DNA of 64,000 nt, from NCBI GenBank assembly GCA_002482965.1, contig DLGZ01000025.1:16777-80776 (forward strand), read 5' to 3'. Position 1 is the stretch's first letter. Every line of letters starts with the position of its first letter. The position numbers and the translations under genes are program-made. Shown one piece after another: positions 8,175 to 17,117 of the stretch. A model generated the notes under the pieces. The model searched no databases, was not told the origin of the DNA, and saw nothing but the letters and a program-made list of their open reading frames with translations. The DNA comes from Verrucomicrobiaceae bacterium UBA7681 (GTDB lineage: Bacteria; Verrucomicrobiota; Verrucomicrobiia; Verrucomicrobiales; Verrucomicrobiaceae).

Positions 8175-10598
8175 TTAGCGGGATGAGCTGGAGGTTTGAA
8201 GAAGGGAGGGATCGACACGCAGGATGCCTTTGCCCATGCGCTGGCGGATTTGCTGACCGCGTTCGGTGACGGTGATTTCGCAGCTTAGTTCTTTGTATTG
8301 GCCGAGGAGGGATTCGTTGGAGGCGGAGATTTCGAAGATGAGCTGTTTGTCGCCGACTTTGAGTTTTGGTGCGTTGATGACGCTCACGCCTTTAGGCAGA
8401 CCGAGCAGGGTTGCCTGGGCTTCGCCTTCGAAGGGTTTTTTGTGTTCAATGTCCCAGACGACCTGGGCTTTTTCCCCACGACGGACGGCGGTGGGATTGC
8501 TCTTCAGGGCGATGTAGGGCTGGGCGATGGTGATGTTGATGAATGCGCTCGATGCGCGGATGCGACCCGCGCCGAGGTAATAGGAGCCGCCTGTCGTGGA
8601 GGCCGTCATGGCGAGGCGATAGGTGCCCGGCGCAGCCGAAGCGCTGGCGCTGAGGCGCAGGGTGCCTTCGTTTTTACCCGCAGGAATGGTGAGTGTGGGC
8701 TCTCCTTCGACACCGGGTGGCACCCAGTCGAACTGATGCTCGATGTCTTCATCAAAGCCGGGCTTGCGCGTGATTTTGACCGGGAGCGTGAGTTCACCGT
8801 TTTGCGATAGAGGGATGGACGGCTGCTCGACATCGATTTGATAAGGGGCGGGCTCGGTGACGGCGAAGGCGTAGTGATCGACGACAAAGGAATGCCATGC
8901 GTGACCGCCGCTGTGGCCGAGGAAGGAAAACGACTGCTGCGAGCGGCTGAGCAGCGGCGTGCCATCGGTAGTTTTGCAGGTGATGGAGATGAGCGCGGTC
9001 TGTGGCTTGGTGCCGGCGTCGGCGATGAACTGCACCGGCACCTGACGCTGACCGGCGAGCAGTCGCGGAGCGATCATGCGAACGCCTTGGGGCAGACCCT
9101 GCACGACAAGGTCGAGTTCGCCTTTGTAGCGACTGCCGGCGGCATCGATGAGGTTCACATTCACCGTCCAGCGGCCACCTTGCGGCACGGCAATGCTGGT
9201 GAGGCGCGGACATTCCACCATGTCGATGACACGCGCCTGGATGAAGGTGTTGATCTCATCTCGGGCGGGTTCGACCTCGATGCGGTAAACGGAAGTCGGA
9301 TCGCCGAGGCTGCGCATGTCGGTGATGTTGATGAGGTAATCGCCATCGGTTTTTGGTTCCCAAATGACAGCCGGGTCCATGAGTTCCTTGCGCTGAATCT
9401 GTCGCGACATGGCCCAGAGATCGCGATCAGGAAGCGTCGAGTCATCAGCGGTGATGTCATCTGTTTCGGCATCGGCTTTGCGGATCGTGAGGCGTGGATC
9501 GAGCGGTGTGCCGAACGACCGTGCAAAGACGCGCACCCGCCAGCGATCACCCGCTTTGACTTTGACCCGGAAGCTGTCGGCATCGTTTGCGGCTTCGATG
9601 CGGCCATTCAATGCCGCAGGGAGGGCGCTGACGGTGGTTTCATCCGCCTCTTTGGCTTCGAGCACGTTGGGGAACTCACTCACACGCATCATCAGCGGTG
9701 AAGGCATTTTGTCGTTGAAGGCGAAGTCGCCGGGTTGTGCGGGGAGCATGGCCTGGATGGCTTCATCGCCTTTTGGATCGCCGAGAAGCGTGGCCGCAAG
9801 CATTTCGCCTTTCATGCCACCGGCGGGATACACGGCGAGGGGGCGGTAATTTGAGCCGATGTGCGCGAGGTAGTAGCAGTTGCCGCCCGAGTTGAAGATG
9901 CGCTGTTTGACCTCGATACGGTATTCGCCATCGGCGGGCAGAATCGTGCTGAACACGGGGTCTTGCAGATGCATGGCGCTGTCGTCATTACGGGCGAGTT
10001 CTTTGCCGGTCGCGTCTAGAATGCGTGTGGTGAGGTCGAACTCGGACCCGGCGTAAAACTTCTCCGTGAGCCACACGGAATCGACCTCCACGGAAAGGTG
10101 CTCACCTTGGCGGCCGGTGACGCGATAGACATCGACGTCGCCGACTTGATTGGTGTCCATGCGACCGAGCACCGCGCTGTTCATGGGCACGGGCTGGTCT
10201 TCCTGCGCCTCTTTGACGATGGGAAAGCGCGTCACCGCGAAGGTGCTGAGCGTGGTCAACTCGGTGGCGGTGCGCAGTTTGAAGGGGTGCAGTCCGAGCG
10301 GGCAATCGGCGTCGATCTCAAGCTTCGCTAGCACGCTGTCATGGGTGAAACCGCCGTGCATCGTGCTGCGGGGCTGAGGCAGCGATGGCAGGCTTTTCAG
10401 TTCAATGCAGCGGATGCCGGGACGATAGAAGAGAAGCTCACGCGCTTCTTTGATGAAGGCACCTTCGATGGTGACTTCGACCGTGGTGCCGCGCTGGCCT
10501 GCGCGAGGCGTGACAAACTCGATATGATGTACCATCGGGCCCGCGAGCGCGGAGGTGAGCAGACATGCTGAACCTATGAGGGCGATGAAAAGTCGCAT
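8175..10598 (-). CDS. secreted 807-aa hypothetical protein with two PPC (pre-peptidase C-terminal)-like beta-sandwich segments
   Basis: ATG at 10598. Signal peptide MRLFIALIGSACLLTSALAG. Two segments fit the PPC pattern: GRMDTNQVGDVDVYRVTGRQGEHLSVEV..ILDATGKELARNDDS..DGEYRIEV, and GRIEAANDADSFRVKVKAGDRWRVRV..ADDS..DGDYLINITD..VYRIEVE. Stop TAA (8175-8177) directly abuts the next ATG. Confidence 0.8.
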   Translation of the reverse strand: MRLFIALIGSACLLTSALAGPMVHHIEFVTPRAGQRGTTVEVTIEGAFIKEARELLFYRPGIRCIELKSLPSLPQPRSTMHGGFTHDSVLAKLEIDADCPLGLHPFKLRTATELTTLSTFAVTRFPIVKEAQEDQPVPMNSAVLGRMDTNQVGDVDVYRVTGRQGEHLSVEVDSVWLTEKFYAGSEFDLTTRILDATGKELARNDDSAMHLQDPVFSTILPADGEYRIEVKQRIFNSGGNCYYLAHIGSNYRPLAVYPAGGMKGEMLAATLLGDPKGDEAIQAMLPAQPGDFAFNDKMPSPLMMRVSEFPNVLEAKEADETTVSALPAALNGRIEAANDADSFRVKVKAGDRWRVRVFARSFGTPLDPRLTIRKADAETDDITADDSTLPDRDLWAMSRQIQRKELMDPAVIWEPKTDGDYLINITDMRSLGDPTSVYRIEVEPARDEINTFIQARVIDMVECPRLTSIAVPQGGRWTVNVNLIDAAGSRYKGELDLVVQGLPQGVRMIAPRLLAGQRQVPVQFIADAGTKPQTALISITCKTTDGTPLLSRSQQSFSFLGHSGGHAWHSFVVDHYAFAVTEPAPYQIDVEQPSIPLSQNGELTLPVKITRKPGFDEDIEHQFDWVPPGVEGEPTLTIPAGKNEGTLRLSASASAAPGTYRLAMTASTTGGSYYLGAGRIRASSAFINITIAQPYIALKSNPTAVRRGEKAQVVWDIEHKKPFEGEAQATLLGLPKGVSVINAPKLKVGDKQLIFEISASNESLLGQYKELSCEITVTERGQQIRQRMGKGILRVDPSLLQTSSSSR

Positions 10599-10603
10599 GG
10601 CGG

Positions 10604-11926
10604 TTAGGAGATGATGCCCTTCACGACATTGCCGTCTTTCACGATCTCGATGGGGCGGGTGCCGCCGAAGGCCATGAGCTCTTCGTTGGAGTCGATGCCG
10701 AGCTGGCTGTAAACGGTGGCGAGGAAGTCTTCGAGTTTCACTTCATCGCGTGCGGGTTCAGCGGAGGTGGCGTCGGAGGCACCGTAGATCTGACCTCTCG
10801 TGATGCCGCCGCCAGCGAGGAGCATGGAGTACACTCGGGCCCAATGGTCGCGACCGTTGCTCATGTTTACTTTGGGTGTGCGGCCAAATTCAGTAGTGAC
10901 CATGACGAGAGTGCTGTCGAGCATGCCGCGCTGATCGAGATCCGTGATGAGGCCGCTGATGGCGTGGTCGAGCGCGGGCATGAATTCGGTGCAGGTGCTC
11001 TTGATGTCCACGTGCGAGTCCCAGGAGCCGTAGTTGACGCTGACGAAGCGGACGCCGGACTCGACGAGGCGGCGAGCGAGGAGGAGGCGCTCGCCGACGG
11101 CGGCGGGGGCTTTCTGTTTTAACTCGTAATTGCGGCCATAGAGATCGCGCATGGCGTCGTTTTCATCGGCGAGGGAGAAGGCTTTCCTTGCGGTATCGGA
11201 GGTGAGCAGTGAGTAGGCGCTCTTGTAGAAGTCATCCATCGTGTTGAGCTTGTCGACGTCGGCATCCAGTTTGCGGAGCTGGCCTTCGACGATGTCGCGT
11301 GCGGCTTTGCGGCGTTCGAACTGCTGCATGGAGACGCCATCGGGGATGCTGAAGTCGCGCACCTTGAACTCGCCTTTGGCGCCAGGGTCGGCGTTGAGCT
11401 GGAAGGGGCCGTACTTGCTGCTGAGGAAACCAGTGCCGCCTTCAAAGCCGCGCATGGCGGGAATGGCGACGTAGGGAGGCATGCCCTGGCGAATGCCCAT
11501 GAGATGGGAAACGACGCTGCCCATCTGCGGGTAGTCGATGACAGTGGTCGGCGTGTAGCCGGTGTAAAGGTGGTAGGTGGCCTGCTGGTGATCGGGGATT
11601 TTGCCGGTGACGGAGCGAACAATGGTGAGCTTGTCGGCGATCTTGGCGAGTCGGGTGAAGTTCTCGCTGAAGACCTCGCCGGTGTTGGTTTTAGCCACGC
11701 CAAAGCCGCCGCGATATTCCGTGGGCGCTTCGGGTTTCGGGTCCCAGGATTCCTGCTGGGCCATGCCGCCGGGGAGATGCAGATGGATGATGCTTTTGGC
11801 CTTGCCTTCTTTGAAGAATCCCGGCTCCACGGTGGCGCGGGCTTCGTGTTTGAGAAGATCGGCCATGCTGAGGCCGAGGGCGCTGCAGAAGCCGATGCGC
11901 ATGGCTTCGCGACGCTGGAGATTCAT
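10604..11926 (-). CDS. DUF1501 protein (sulfatase/alkaline-phosphatase-fold) with Tat-type signal
   Basis: Start chosen at ATG 11926 (MNLQRREAMRIGFCSALGL.., twin-Arg). An alternative ATG is at 11968. The track extension to 12265 is P/R/S-rich junk and overlaps the divergent SDR gene. Body matches DUF1501 hallmarks (..GGMAQQESWDPKPEAP.., ..VTTEFGRTPKVN..GRDHW..). Confidence 0.88.
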   Translation of the reverse strand: MNLQRREAMRIGFCSALGLSMADLLKHEARATVEPGFFKEGKAKSIIHLHLPGGMAQQESWDPKPEAPTEYRGGFGVAKTNTGEVFSENFTRLAKIADKLTIVRSVTGKIPDHQQATYHLYTGYTPTTVIDYPQMGSVVSHLMGIRQGMPPYVAIPAMRGFEGGTGFLSSKYGPFQLNADPGAKGEFKVRDFSIPDGVSMQQFERRKAARDIVEGQLRKLDADVDKLNTMDDFYKSAYSLLTSDTARKAFSLADENDAMRDLYGRNYELKQKAPAAVGERLLLARRLVESGVRFVSVNYGSWDSHVDIKSTCTEFMPALDHAISGLITDLDQRGMLDSTLVMVTTEFGRTPKVNMSNGRDHWARVYSMLLAGGGITRGQIYGASDATSAEPARDEVKLEDFLATVYSQLGIDSNEELMAFGGTRPIEIVKDGNVVKGIIS

Positions 11927-12107
11927 CTGGCGGAAGCCGGTGCAGCCGGAGGGGGCGGGGATTTTCATGTGGGGCGGCGAAAGGATTGCGGGGAAACGAG
12001 GATGTGAAGTTACTGAGTGAAAGTGGGTTTCCTTGCGGGACCCCGAGAACTCGGGGGGAGGCCGGACGTGGTCTTTGCATAAGCGGGCGGGATGACCATA
12101 GTGCGGA

Positions 12108-12863
12108 ATGAATTTGAATCTTGAAGGGCAGTCGGTCGCTGTGTTTGGAGCTGGGCGGGGCATTGGCCGGGCGATTGCAGATGGATTTGTCGCGGAGGGG
12201 TGTTCCGTGCGCGGGTTTGACCGAGAGAAGACGGCGGAGTTTATCGCGGCGGGGGATGTGGCCAATTATGAGGCGGTGAAGAGTTTTGCGGATGAGTTTG
12301 AGAGCGTGAAGCACGTGGTGTTTTGCGTAGGCATTGGGTCGGGGAAGTTTGGGTTTCCGTTTTGGAATCTGGAGCCGACCGACTGGGCACGGGTGCTGGA
12401 GGTGAATCTGATCGGCGCGGTGAATGTGGCGCATGCGTTTGCACCGAAGCTGATCGAGAGCGGTGGGGGGTCGATGCTGTTTTTGGTTTCCGTGGCGGGG
12501 CAGATGGGATCGCAGACGGATCCGCCGTACAGTGCTTCGAAGGCGGCGCTGATTAACTTTACGCAGTGCGCGGCGAAGGATCTGGGGCCGCATAATGTGC
12601 GGGTGAATGCGCTGGCGCCGGGGATGGTGAAGACGGAGCTGAACCAGAGCATCTGGGCGGCGGGGCAGAAGAAGCTGCCGGAGGAGAAGCGGCAGAGCTT
12701 TGATGACTGGGCTGCGGAGAAGATCAAGAAGGTGTCGCACCTAGGCCGCTGGCAGATGCCGGACGAGTATGCGGCGATGGCGACGTTTCTGGCGTCAAAT
12801 CATGCGAAGAATATTACCGGGCAGACGATCAATATTGATGGTGGGCAGGTGATGCATGCTTGA
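12108..12863 (+). CDS. SDR-family short-chain oxidoreductase
   Basis: ATG at 12108. Cofactor motif GAGRGIG, catalytic YSASK (YxxxK), NVRVNALAPG. 251 aa. Confidence 0.9.
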   Translation: MNLNLEGQSVAVFGAGRGIGRAIADGFVAEGCSVRGFDREKTAEFIAAGDVANYEAVKSFADEFESVKHVVFCVGIGSGKFGFPFWNLEPTDWARVLEVNLIGAVNVAHAFAPKLIESGGGSMLFLVSVAGQMGSQTDPPYSASKAALINFTQCAAKDLGPHNVRVNALAPGMVKTELNQSIWAAGQKKLPEEKRQSFDDWAAEKIKKVSHLGRWQMPDEYAAMATFLASNHAKNITGQTINIDGGQVMHA

Positions 12864-12892
12864 GGAGCGGAGTGCAAGGTGATGGCGGAGCG

Positions 12893-12912
12893 CCGCACAG
12901 AGGACTGTGCGG
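12893..12912. terminator. perfect 8-bp hairpin CCGCACAG-AGGA-CTGTGCGG in a convergent intergenic gap
   Basis: Read directly. Lies between the stop of the SDR gene (12863) and the stop of the minus-strand dehydrogenase (12999). No U-tract. Confidence 0.35.
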
Positions 12913-12998
12913 ACCACTTTGCTAGCGCTCATGCGACGCGCTGTGAATGGTTGGATGATTTTCCGAATTCGTGCTTTAAGAGAACTTGGAAGTTCGCT

Positions 12999-13871
12999 TT
13001 ACTCGTAGAGGCGGAAGAGGCCGCTGTGATCGAGGTCGCCGAGGTGTTTTTCGTGGACGAATTTTTCCCATTGGGCGAGGGAGTTTTTCAAGGTGGGGGA
13101 GTCGAGGCCGACGGAGTCGGCGAGCTGGGACATGAGGCGGACGTCTTTGAGCTGGAGGGTGGCGCGGCCACCGGGGGCGAAGTCGCGGCGGACCATGCGG
13201 TCGCCATGGAGATCGAGGATGCGGCTTTCGGCGAAGCCGCCGAGGAGGGCTTTCCGAACGAGGGCGGGATCGACGCCGGAGAGTTCGGCGAGGCGGAGGG
13301 CCTGGGCGACGGCATCAATGGTCTGGGCGACGATGAGCTGATTGGCGAGTTTGGTGACCTGGCCGCTGCCGACGGGGCCGAGGTGGGTGATGTTTTTGCC
13401 GACGGTCTGGAAGATGGGGAGGGCGCGCTGGAAATTTTCTTCGCTGCCGCCGGCCATGATAGTGAGGGTGGCGGCTTCGGCGCCGACCTGGCCGCCGGAG
13501 ACGGGGGCATCGACCCAGTTGACGCGTTGGGCCCATTGTTTGGTTTCGGGAACGCCGGTGGTGCCGAAGTCGATGATGAGGGCGTCCGGGTGCAGGCCTT
13601 CGATGAGGCCGCCGGGGCCGAAGACGATGGCTTCGACGACGTCGGTCATGGTGAGATTGATGCAAATGATGCCTGGGCCGATTTCGCGGGCGAGTTCGGG
13701 GAGGGTGGCGGCGCGGCGCATGCCGAGGGCGACGGCATCTTCTGCGGGGCCGGGGCTGCGATTCCAGACGACGACGTCGGCTCCGGCGGTGTGGAGGTGG
13801 CGTGCATTGGCGCGGCCCATGTTGCCGAGTCCGACGAATCCGATCTTGTGTCCTGCGAGTGGCTTGCTCAT
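12999..13871 (-). CDS. NAD(P)-dependent beta-hydroxyacid dehydrogenase (3-hydroxyisobutyrate dehydrogenase / GarR / LtnD family)
   Basis: ATG at 13871. N-terminal Rossmann motif IGFVGLGNMGRANARHL. Family-like core (..VDAPVSGG..GA..ATLTIMAGG..) and helical C-terminal domain. 290 aa. Confidence 0.88.
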   Translation of the reverse strand: MSKPLAGHKIGFVGLGNMGRANARHLHTAGADVVVWNRSPGPAEDAVALGMRRAATLPELAREIGPGIICINLTMTDVVEAIVFGPGGLIEGLHPDALIIDFGTTGVPETKQWAQRVNWVDAPVSGGQVGAEAATLTIMAGGSEENFQRALPIFQTVGKNITHLGPVGSGQVTKLANQLIVAQTIDAVAQALRLAELSGVDPALVRKALLGGFAESRILDLHGDRMVRRDFAPGGRATLQLKDVRLMSQLADSVGLDSPTLKNSLAQWEKFVHEKHLGDLDHSGLFRLYE

Positions 13872-13929
13872 GTCCGGGCGAACTCACATCAGGCGGTGCC
13901 TGATGGCAAACTCCTTCCCAACCTACTTC

Positions 13930-14898
13930 ATGAAAATCATCATCACCGGCGGCGGCGGCTTCCTTGGCTCACAGCTTGCGCAGAAACTTTTGGAACGCGG
14001 CACGTGGTGCGGCAAGGCGATCACGGAGATGGTGCTGCTGGATGCGTTTTTCCGCGGTGAGCCTACGGATGCGCGGGTGAAGCATGTGCAAGGTGACATT
14101 GGTGACCGGGCGACGGTGCTGGCAGCAACGGGGCCGAAGTTTGATGTGATTTTTCACCTGGCCTCGATGGTGAGCGGGGAGTGTGAGGAGAGGTTTGATG
14201 ATGCGATGCGGGTGAATCTGGAGGGCGGGCGCAATGTGTTTGAGGCGGCGCGTGCGGCGGAAGGCAAGCCGCGGGTGGTGTTTGCGAGCAGTGTGGCGGT
14301 TTATGGCGGGCTGGACATGTCGCAACTGATGTCTGACCTGACGAAGCAACTGCCGCAGACGACGTATGGGATGACGAAGGCGATGTGCGAGATGATGGTG
14401 AATGACCATACGCGCAAAGGGCACTTTGATGGACGCAGCGTGCGGCTCCCAACGGTGATCGTGAGGCCGGGCAAGCCGAATGCGGCGGCATCGAGCTGGG
14501 CGAGCGGGATGTTTCGTGAGCCGCTGAATGGTGAGGCGTGCATGCTGCCGATCCGGCGTGATCAACCGCATCCGATGACCGGGTATCGGACAGTGATTGA
14601 GTCGTTCATCGCGCTGAGTGAAGTGCCGGAGGAGATGCTGGGGAAGGATCGGGCGTATGTGCTGCCTGCGCATCGGGTGACGCCGCAGATTGCGGAGAAG
14701 GTGATTCAAGAAGTGGCGGCGGAGCGTGGGATCATTCTGGGGCCGATTGTGGATGCGTTTGATGCGCGGATTCAGGGCATCGTTGATAACTGGCCGCAGC
14801 AGGTGGATGGCGCGCGCTCTGAGGCGATTGGTCTGCCGAGACCGCCGGAGCTGAAAGTGATCGTGGAACAATATGTGGCGGACTTTGGAATGAAGTAG
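13930..14898 (+). CDS. NAD-dependent epimerase/dehydratase-fold SDR, D-erythronate dehydrogenase (DenD)-like
   Basis: Start at ATG 13930 (MKIIITGGGGFLGSQLAQKL). The track ORF from 13342 is an out-of-frame-looking extension antisense to the neighbouring gene. YGMTK (YxxxK) is present. RLPTVIVRPGKPNAAASSWASGMFREPLNG resembles the DenD-type signature as I remember it. Confidence 0.8.
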   Translation: MKIIITGGGGFLGSQLAQKLLERGTWCGKAITEMVLLDAFFRGEPTDARVKHVQGDIGDRATVLAATGPKFDVIFHLASMVSGECEERFDDAMRVNLEGGRNVFEAARAAEGKPRVVFASSVAVYGGLDMSQLMSDLTKQLPQTTYGMTKAMCEMMVNDHTRKGHFDGRSVRLPTVIVRPGKPNAAASSWASGMFREPLNGEACMLPIRRDQPHPMTGYRTVIESFIALSEVPEEMLGKDRAYVLPAHRVTPQIAEKVIQEVAAERGIILGPIVDAFDARIQGIVDNWPQQVDGARSEAIGLPRPPELKVIVEQYVADFGMK

Positions 14899-14935
14899 GC
14901 TTTGCCGTGACCGTGGAATGCGGTAGCCTCGCTGC

Positions 14936-15937
14936 ATGAGTGAGATACGACCCTTTGCGAACGCGCCCGAAATCCACCTCAACCCGAAGTTCGCTCTCAT
15001 TGGTGTTGGAGTGTTGTTTTTGCTGGTTGGCGTCTATTCCGGGATCTATCAGGTTCCGGCGGAATCGGTGGCGGTGGTGCAGCGTTTTGGTGGTTACTTG
15101 AAGACGGAAACCCCCGGGCTGCACTTCAAGCTGCCGTGGGGCATTGATCAGGTCACGGAGGTGGAGATTTTGCGTCAGCAGAAGCTGGAGTTTGGCTTTG
15201 GCACCCGGGGTGCGACCAACCCGTATCAGTATGCGGATCCTGGTGATCAGGAGGGCGAAAAAACGATGGTTACGGGCGATCTGAATACGGCAATGGTGGA
15301 ATGGGTGGTGCAGTACCACATCAGCGATCCAGTGGCGTATGTGTTTAATTTTCGCGAGCCGGTGCCGACGCTAAGAGACTTGTCTCAGGCGGTGATGCGA
15401 GAGGTGGTGGGTGATCGCACGGTGGATGAAGTACTGACCATTGGCCGACAGGAAATGGAGACCAAATGCGCGGAACGACTGCGTGAACTGGTGGCGGCGC
15501 TGAACATGGGCGTGCGGATTGATCAGATTCAGCTAGGGAACATCAATCCGCCTGATGATGTGAAGGCGAGTTTCAGTGACGTGAACCGTGCGAAGCAGGA
15601 GAAGGAGTCTTCGATCAATGCGGCGAGCGGGAATTACAATGAGATCATTCCGAAAGCGCGTGGCGAAGCGGAGCAGAAGCTCAAAGGGGCCGAAGGCTAT
15701 GCGGCCAAACGCATCAATGAGGCCGAAGGTGATGCGGCGCGGTTCAAGTCTGTGCTGGCTGAATACCTGAAGGCTCCGGAGGTGACCAAGAAACGTCTTT
15801 ATTTGGAAACGATGAGCGAGGTGCTGGCCCAGGTGCCGGGGAAAATCATCTTGGATGACAAGGCCTCCTCGTTTCTGCCGCTGATGAATCTTCGTCAGGC
15901 GACCCCACAAACCAACCCTTCTCCTGCCACACGATGA
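14936..15937 (+). CDS. hflK: FtsH protease modulator HflK (SPFH/band-7)
   Basis: ATG at 14936. One N-terminal TM helix, then an SPFH domain (VVQRFGGY..TPGLHFKLPWGIDQV). ATGA overlap with the downstream hflC. Confidence 0.9.
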   Translation: MSEIRPFANAPEIHLNPKFALIGVGVLFLLVGVYSGIYQVPAESVAVVQRFGGYLKTETPGLHFKLPWGIDQVTEVEILRQQKLEFGFGTRGATNPYQYADPGDQEGEKTMVTGDLNTAMVEWVVQYHISDPVAYVFNFREPVPTLRDLSQAVMREVVGDRTVDEVLTIGRQEMETKCAERLRELVAALNMGVRIDQIQLGNINPPDDVKASFSDVNRAKQEKESSINAASGNYNEIIPKARGEAEQKLKGAEGYAAKRINEAEGDAARFKSVLAEYLKAPEVTKKRLYLETMSEVLAQVPGKIILDDKASSFLPLMNLRQATPQTNPSPATR

Positions 15938-16986
15938 AATCCTCCCTCCTTTTGATAGTTGTCCTCGCGCTGGTCTTTGTGGCGAGCAATGGTTTGTACA
16001 CCGTGAGCGAGACGGAGCAGGTGGTGATCACCCAGTTCGGCAAGCCGGTAGGGGAGCCTATCCGTGACGCGGGTCTGCACTGGAAGACGCCTTTTGTGCA
16101 GACCATCAACCGCCTGGACAAACGGGTGCTGGAATGGGACGGGCCTTCGGCCAACATGACGACGAAGGACAAGGTCATCGTGGTGGTGGATGCGTTTGGC
16201 CGCTGGGAGATCAACGACCCGCTGGTGTTTTTCCGTCAGCTCACGGATGAGCGGCGCGCGCTGTCGCGGCTGGATGACATCCTGGCGAGCGAGACGCGCA
16301 TCGTCATCGCGAAGCATGATTTCATCGAAGCGGTGCGGACCACGAAGGACCGAAAAGCGGTGCGTGATGAGAGCAATGTGACCACGACGGGCAGCACGCC
16401 TTCGACTGCGGATACACGTCTGGGTGTGCTGCCGCCGATCACGTATGGTCGAGTCGAGCTTGAGGCTGAGATTCTGAAGAATGCCATCCCGAAGATTGAG
16501 GGGTACGGCATCCGGCTGCTGGATGTGCGCTTCAAACGGATCGACTACGATCCGACGGTGAGCAAGTCGATCCATCAGCGCATGATTTCTGAGCGTGAGC
16601 AGATTGCCAAGCTGCACCGCGCGGAAGGTGAAGGCGAGGCGGCGAAGATCAATGGGGAGCGTGAGCGTGATCTGGCGACGATTGAGTCCGAGGCGTACCG
16701 CAAGGTGCAGGAGATGGAAGGTACGGCGGATGCGAAGGCAACGGAGATTTATGCGAAGGCGTACAACCAGACGCCGGAGGCTGCGGAACTGTTTGATTTC
16801 CTCAAGACGATGGAGACGTACAAGATGCTGATCACTTCTGACACGACGATGATTTTCACGACGGACAGCGAGTTGTTCCGGTATCTGAAGTCGAGCAATC
16901 CGCAGGCGACGAAACCGGTGGCGGGAGCGACAGGGGAGTTCACGCCACTGCACAAGCTACCGACGCTGATGGAAGTGGGGCGGTGA
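15934..16986 (+). CDS. hflC: FtsH protease modulator HflC (SPFH/band-7)
   Basis: ATG at 15934 overlaps the hflK stop (15935-15937). N-terminal TM helix, SPFH domain and coiled-coil region (..RAEGEGEAAKINGERERDLA..). Confidence 0.9.
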   Translation: MKSSLLLIVVLALVFVASNGLYTVSETEQVVITQFGKPVGEPIRDAGLHWKTPFVQTINRLDKRVLEWDGPSANMTTKDKVIVVVDAFGRWEINDPLVFFRQLTDERRALSRLDDILASETRIVIAKHDFIEAVRTTKDRKAVRDESNVTTTGSTPSTADTRLGVLPPITYGRVELEAEILKNAIPKIEGYGIRLLDVRFKRIDYDPTVSKSIHQRMISEREQIAKLHRAEGEGEAAKINGERERDLATIESEAYRKVQEMEGTADAKATEIYAKAYNQTPEAAELFDFLKTMETYKMLITSDTTMIFTTDSELFRYLKSSNPQATKPVAGATGEFTPLHKLPTLMEVGR

Positions 16987-17117
16987 GGAGGGCGGGGTCT
17001 GAACCGGAAACCGGCTGAGGCCGGGACTACAGAACGGCGTTGGGCAGCTTGTGAACGAGGAACCAAGCATCTGAAGTCTGCACCTCTGCGCCTTGGTGGT
17101 GAACCTAACCGTGCTGA

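Noticed and set aside
11927-12265. N-terminal 113-codon extension of the DUF1501 ORF (track 10604-12265)
   Set aside because: The extension is P/R/S/H-rich non-protein-like sequence and overlaps the divergent SDR gene start (12108). The Tat-like MNLQRRE start at 11926 (or the ATG at 11968) gives a canonical DUF1501 N-terminus.
11691-12740. 349-aa minus-strand ORF (R/H/P/L-rich). Similar ORFs at 13969-15000, 15895-16953, 14732-15319, 56620-57162, 57226-57933, 62050-62718 and 63111-63821
   Set aside because: These are Arg/His/Pro-rich translations typical of the wrong frame or strand of high-GC genes. Each lies entirely over a confidently identified gene (SDR, DenD-like, hflK/hflC, sulfatase, tal, hisF).
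13342-13929. 196-codon upstream extension of the epimerase-fold gene (track 13342-14898)
   Set aside because: It runs antisense through the well-supported dehydrogenase gene 12999-13871. The Rossmann motif MKIIITGGGGFLG begins exactly at the internal ATG 13930.
12879-14060. 393-aa plus-strand ORF rich in G/A/E/D/V
   Set aside because: It is an antisense shadow of the beta-hydroxyacid dehydrogenase gene. Composition is low-complexity and no motifs are present.
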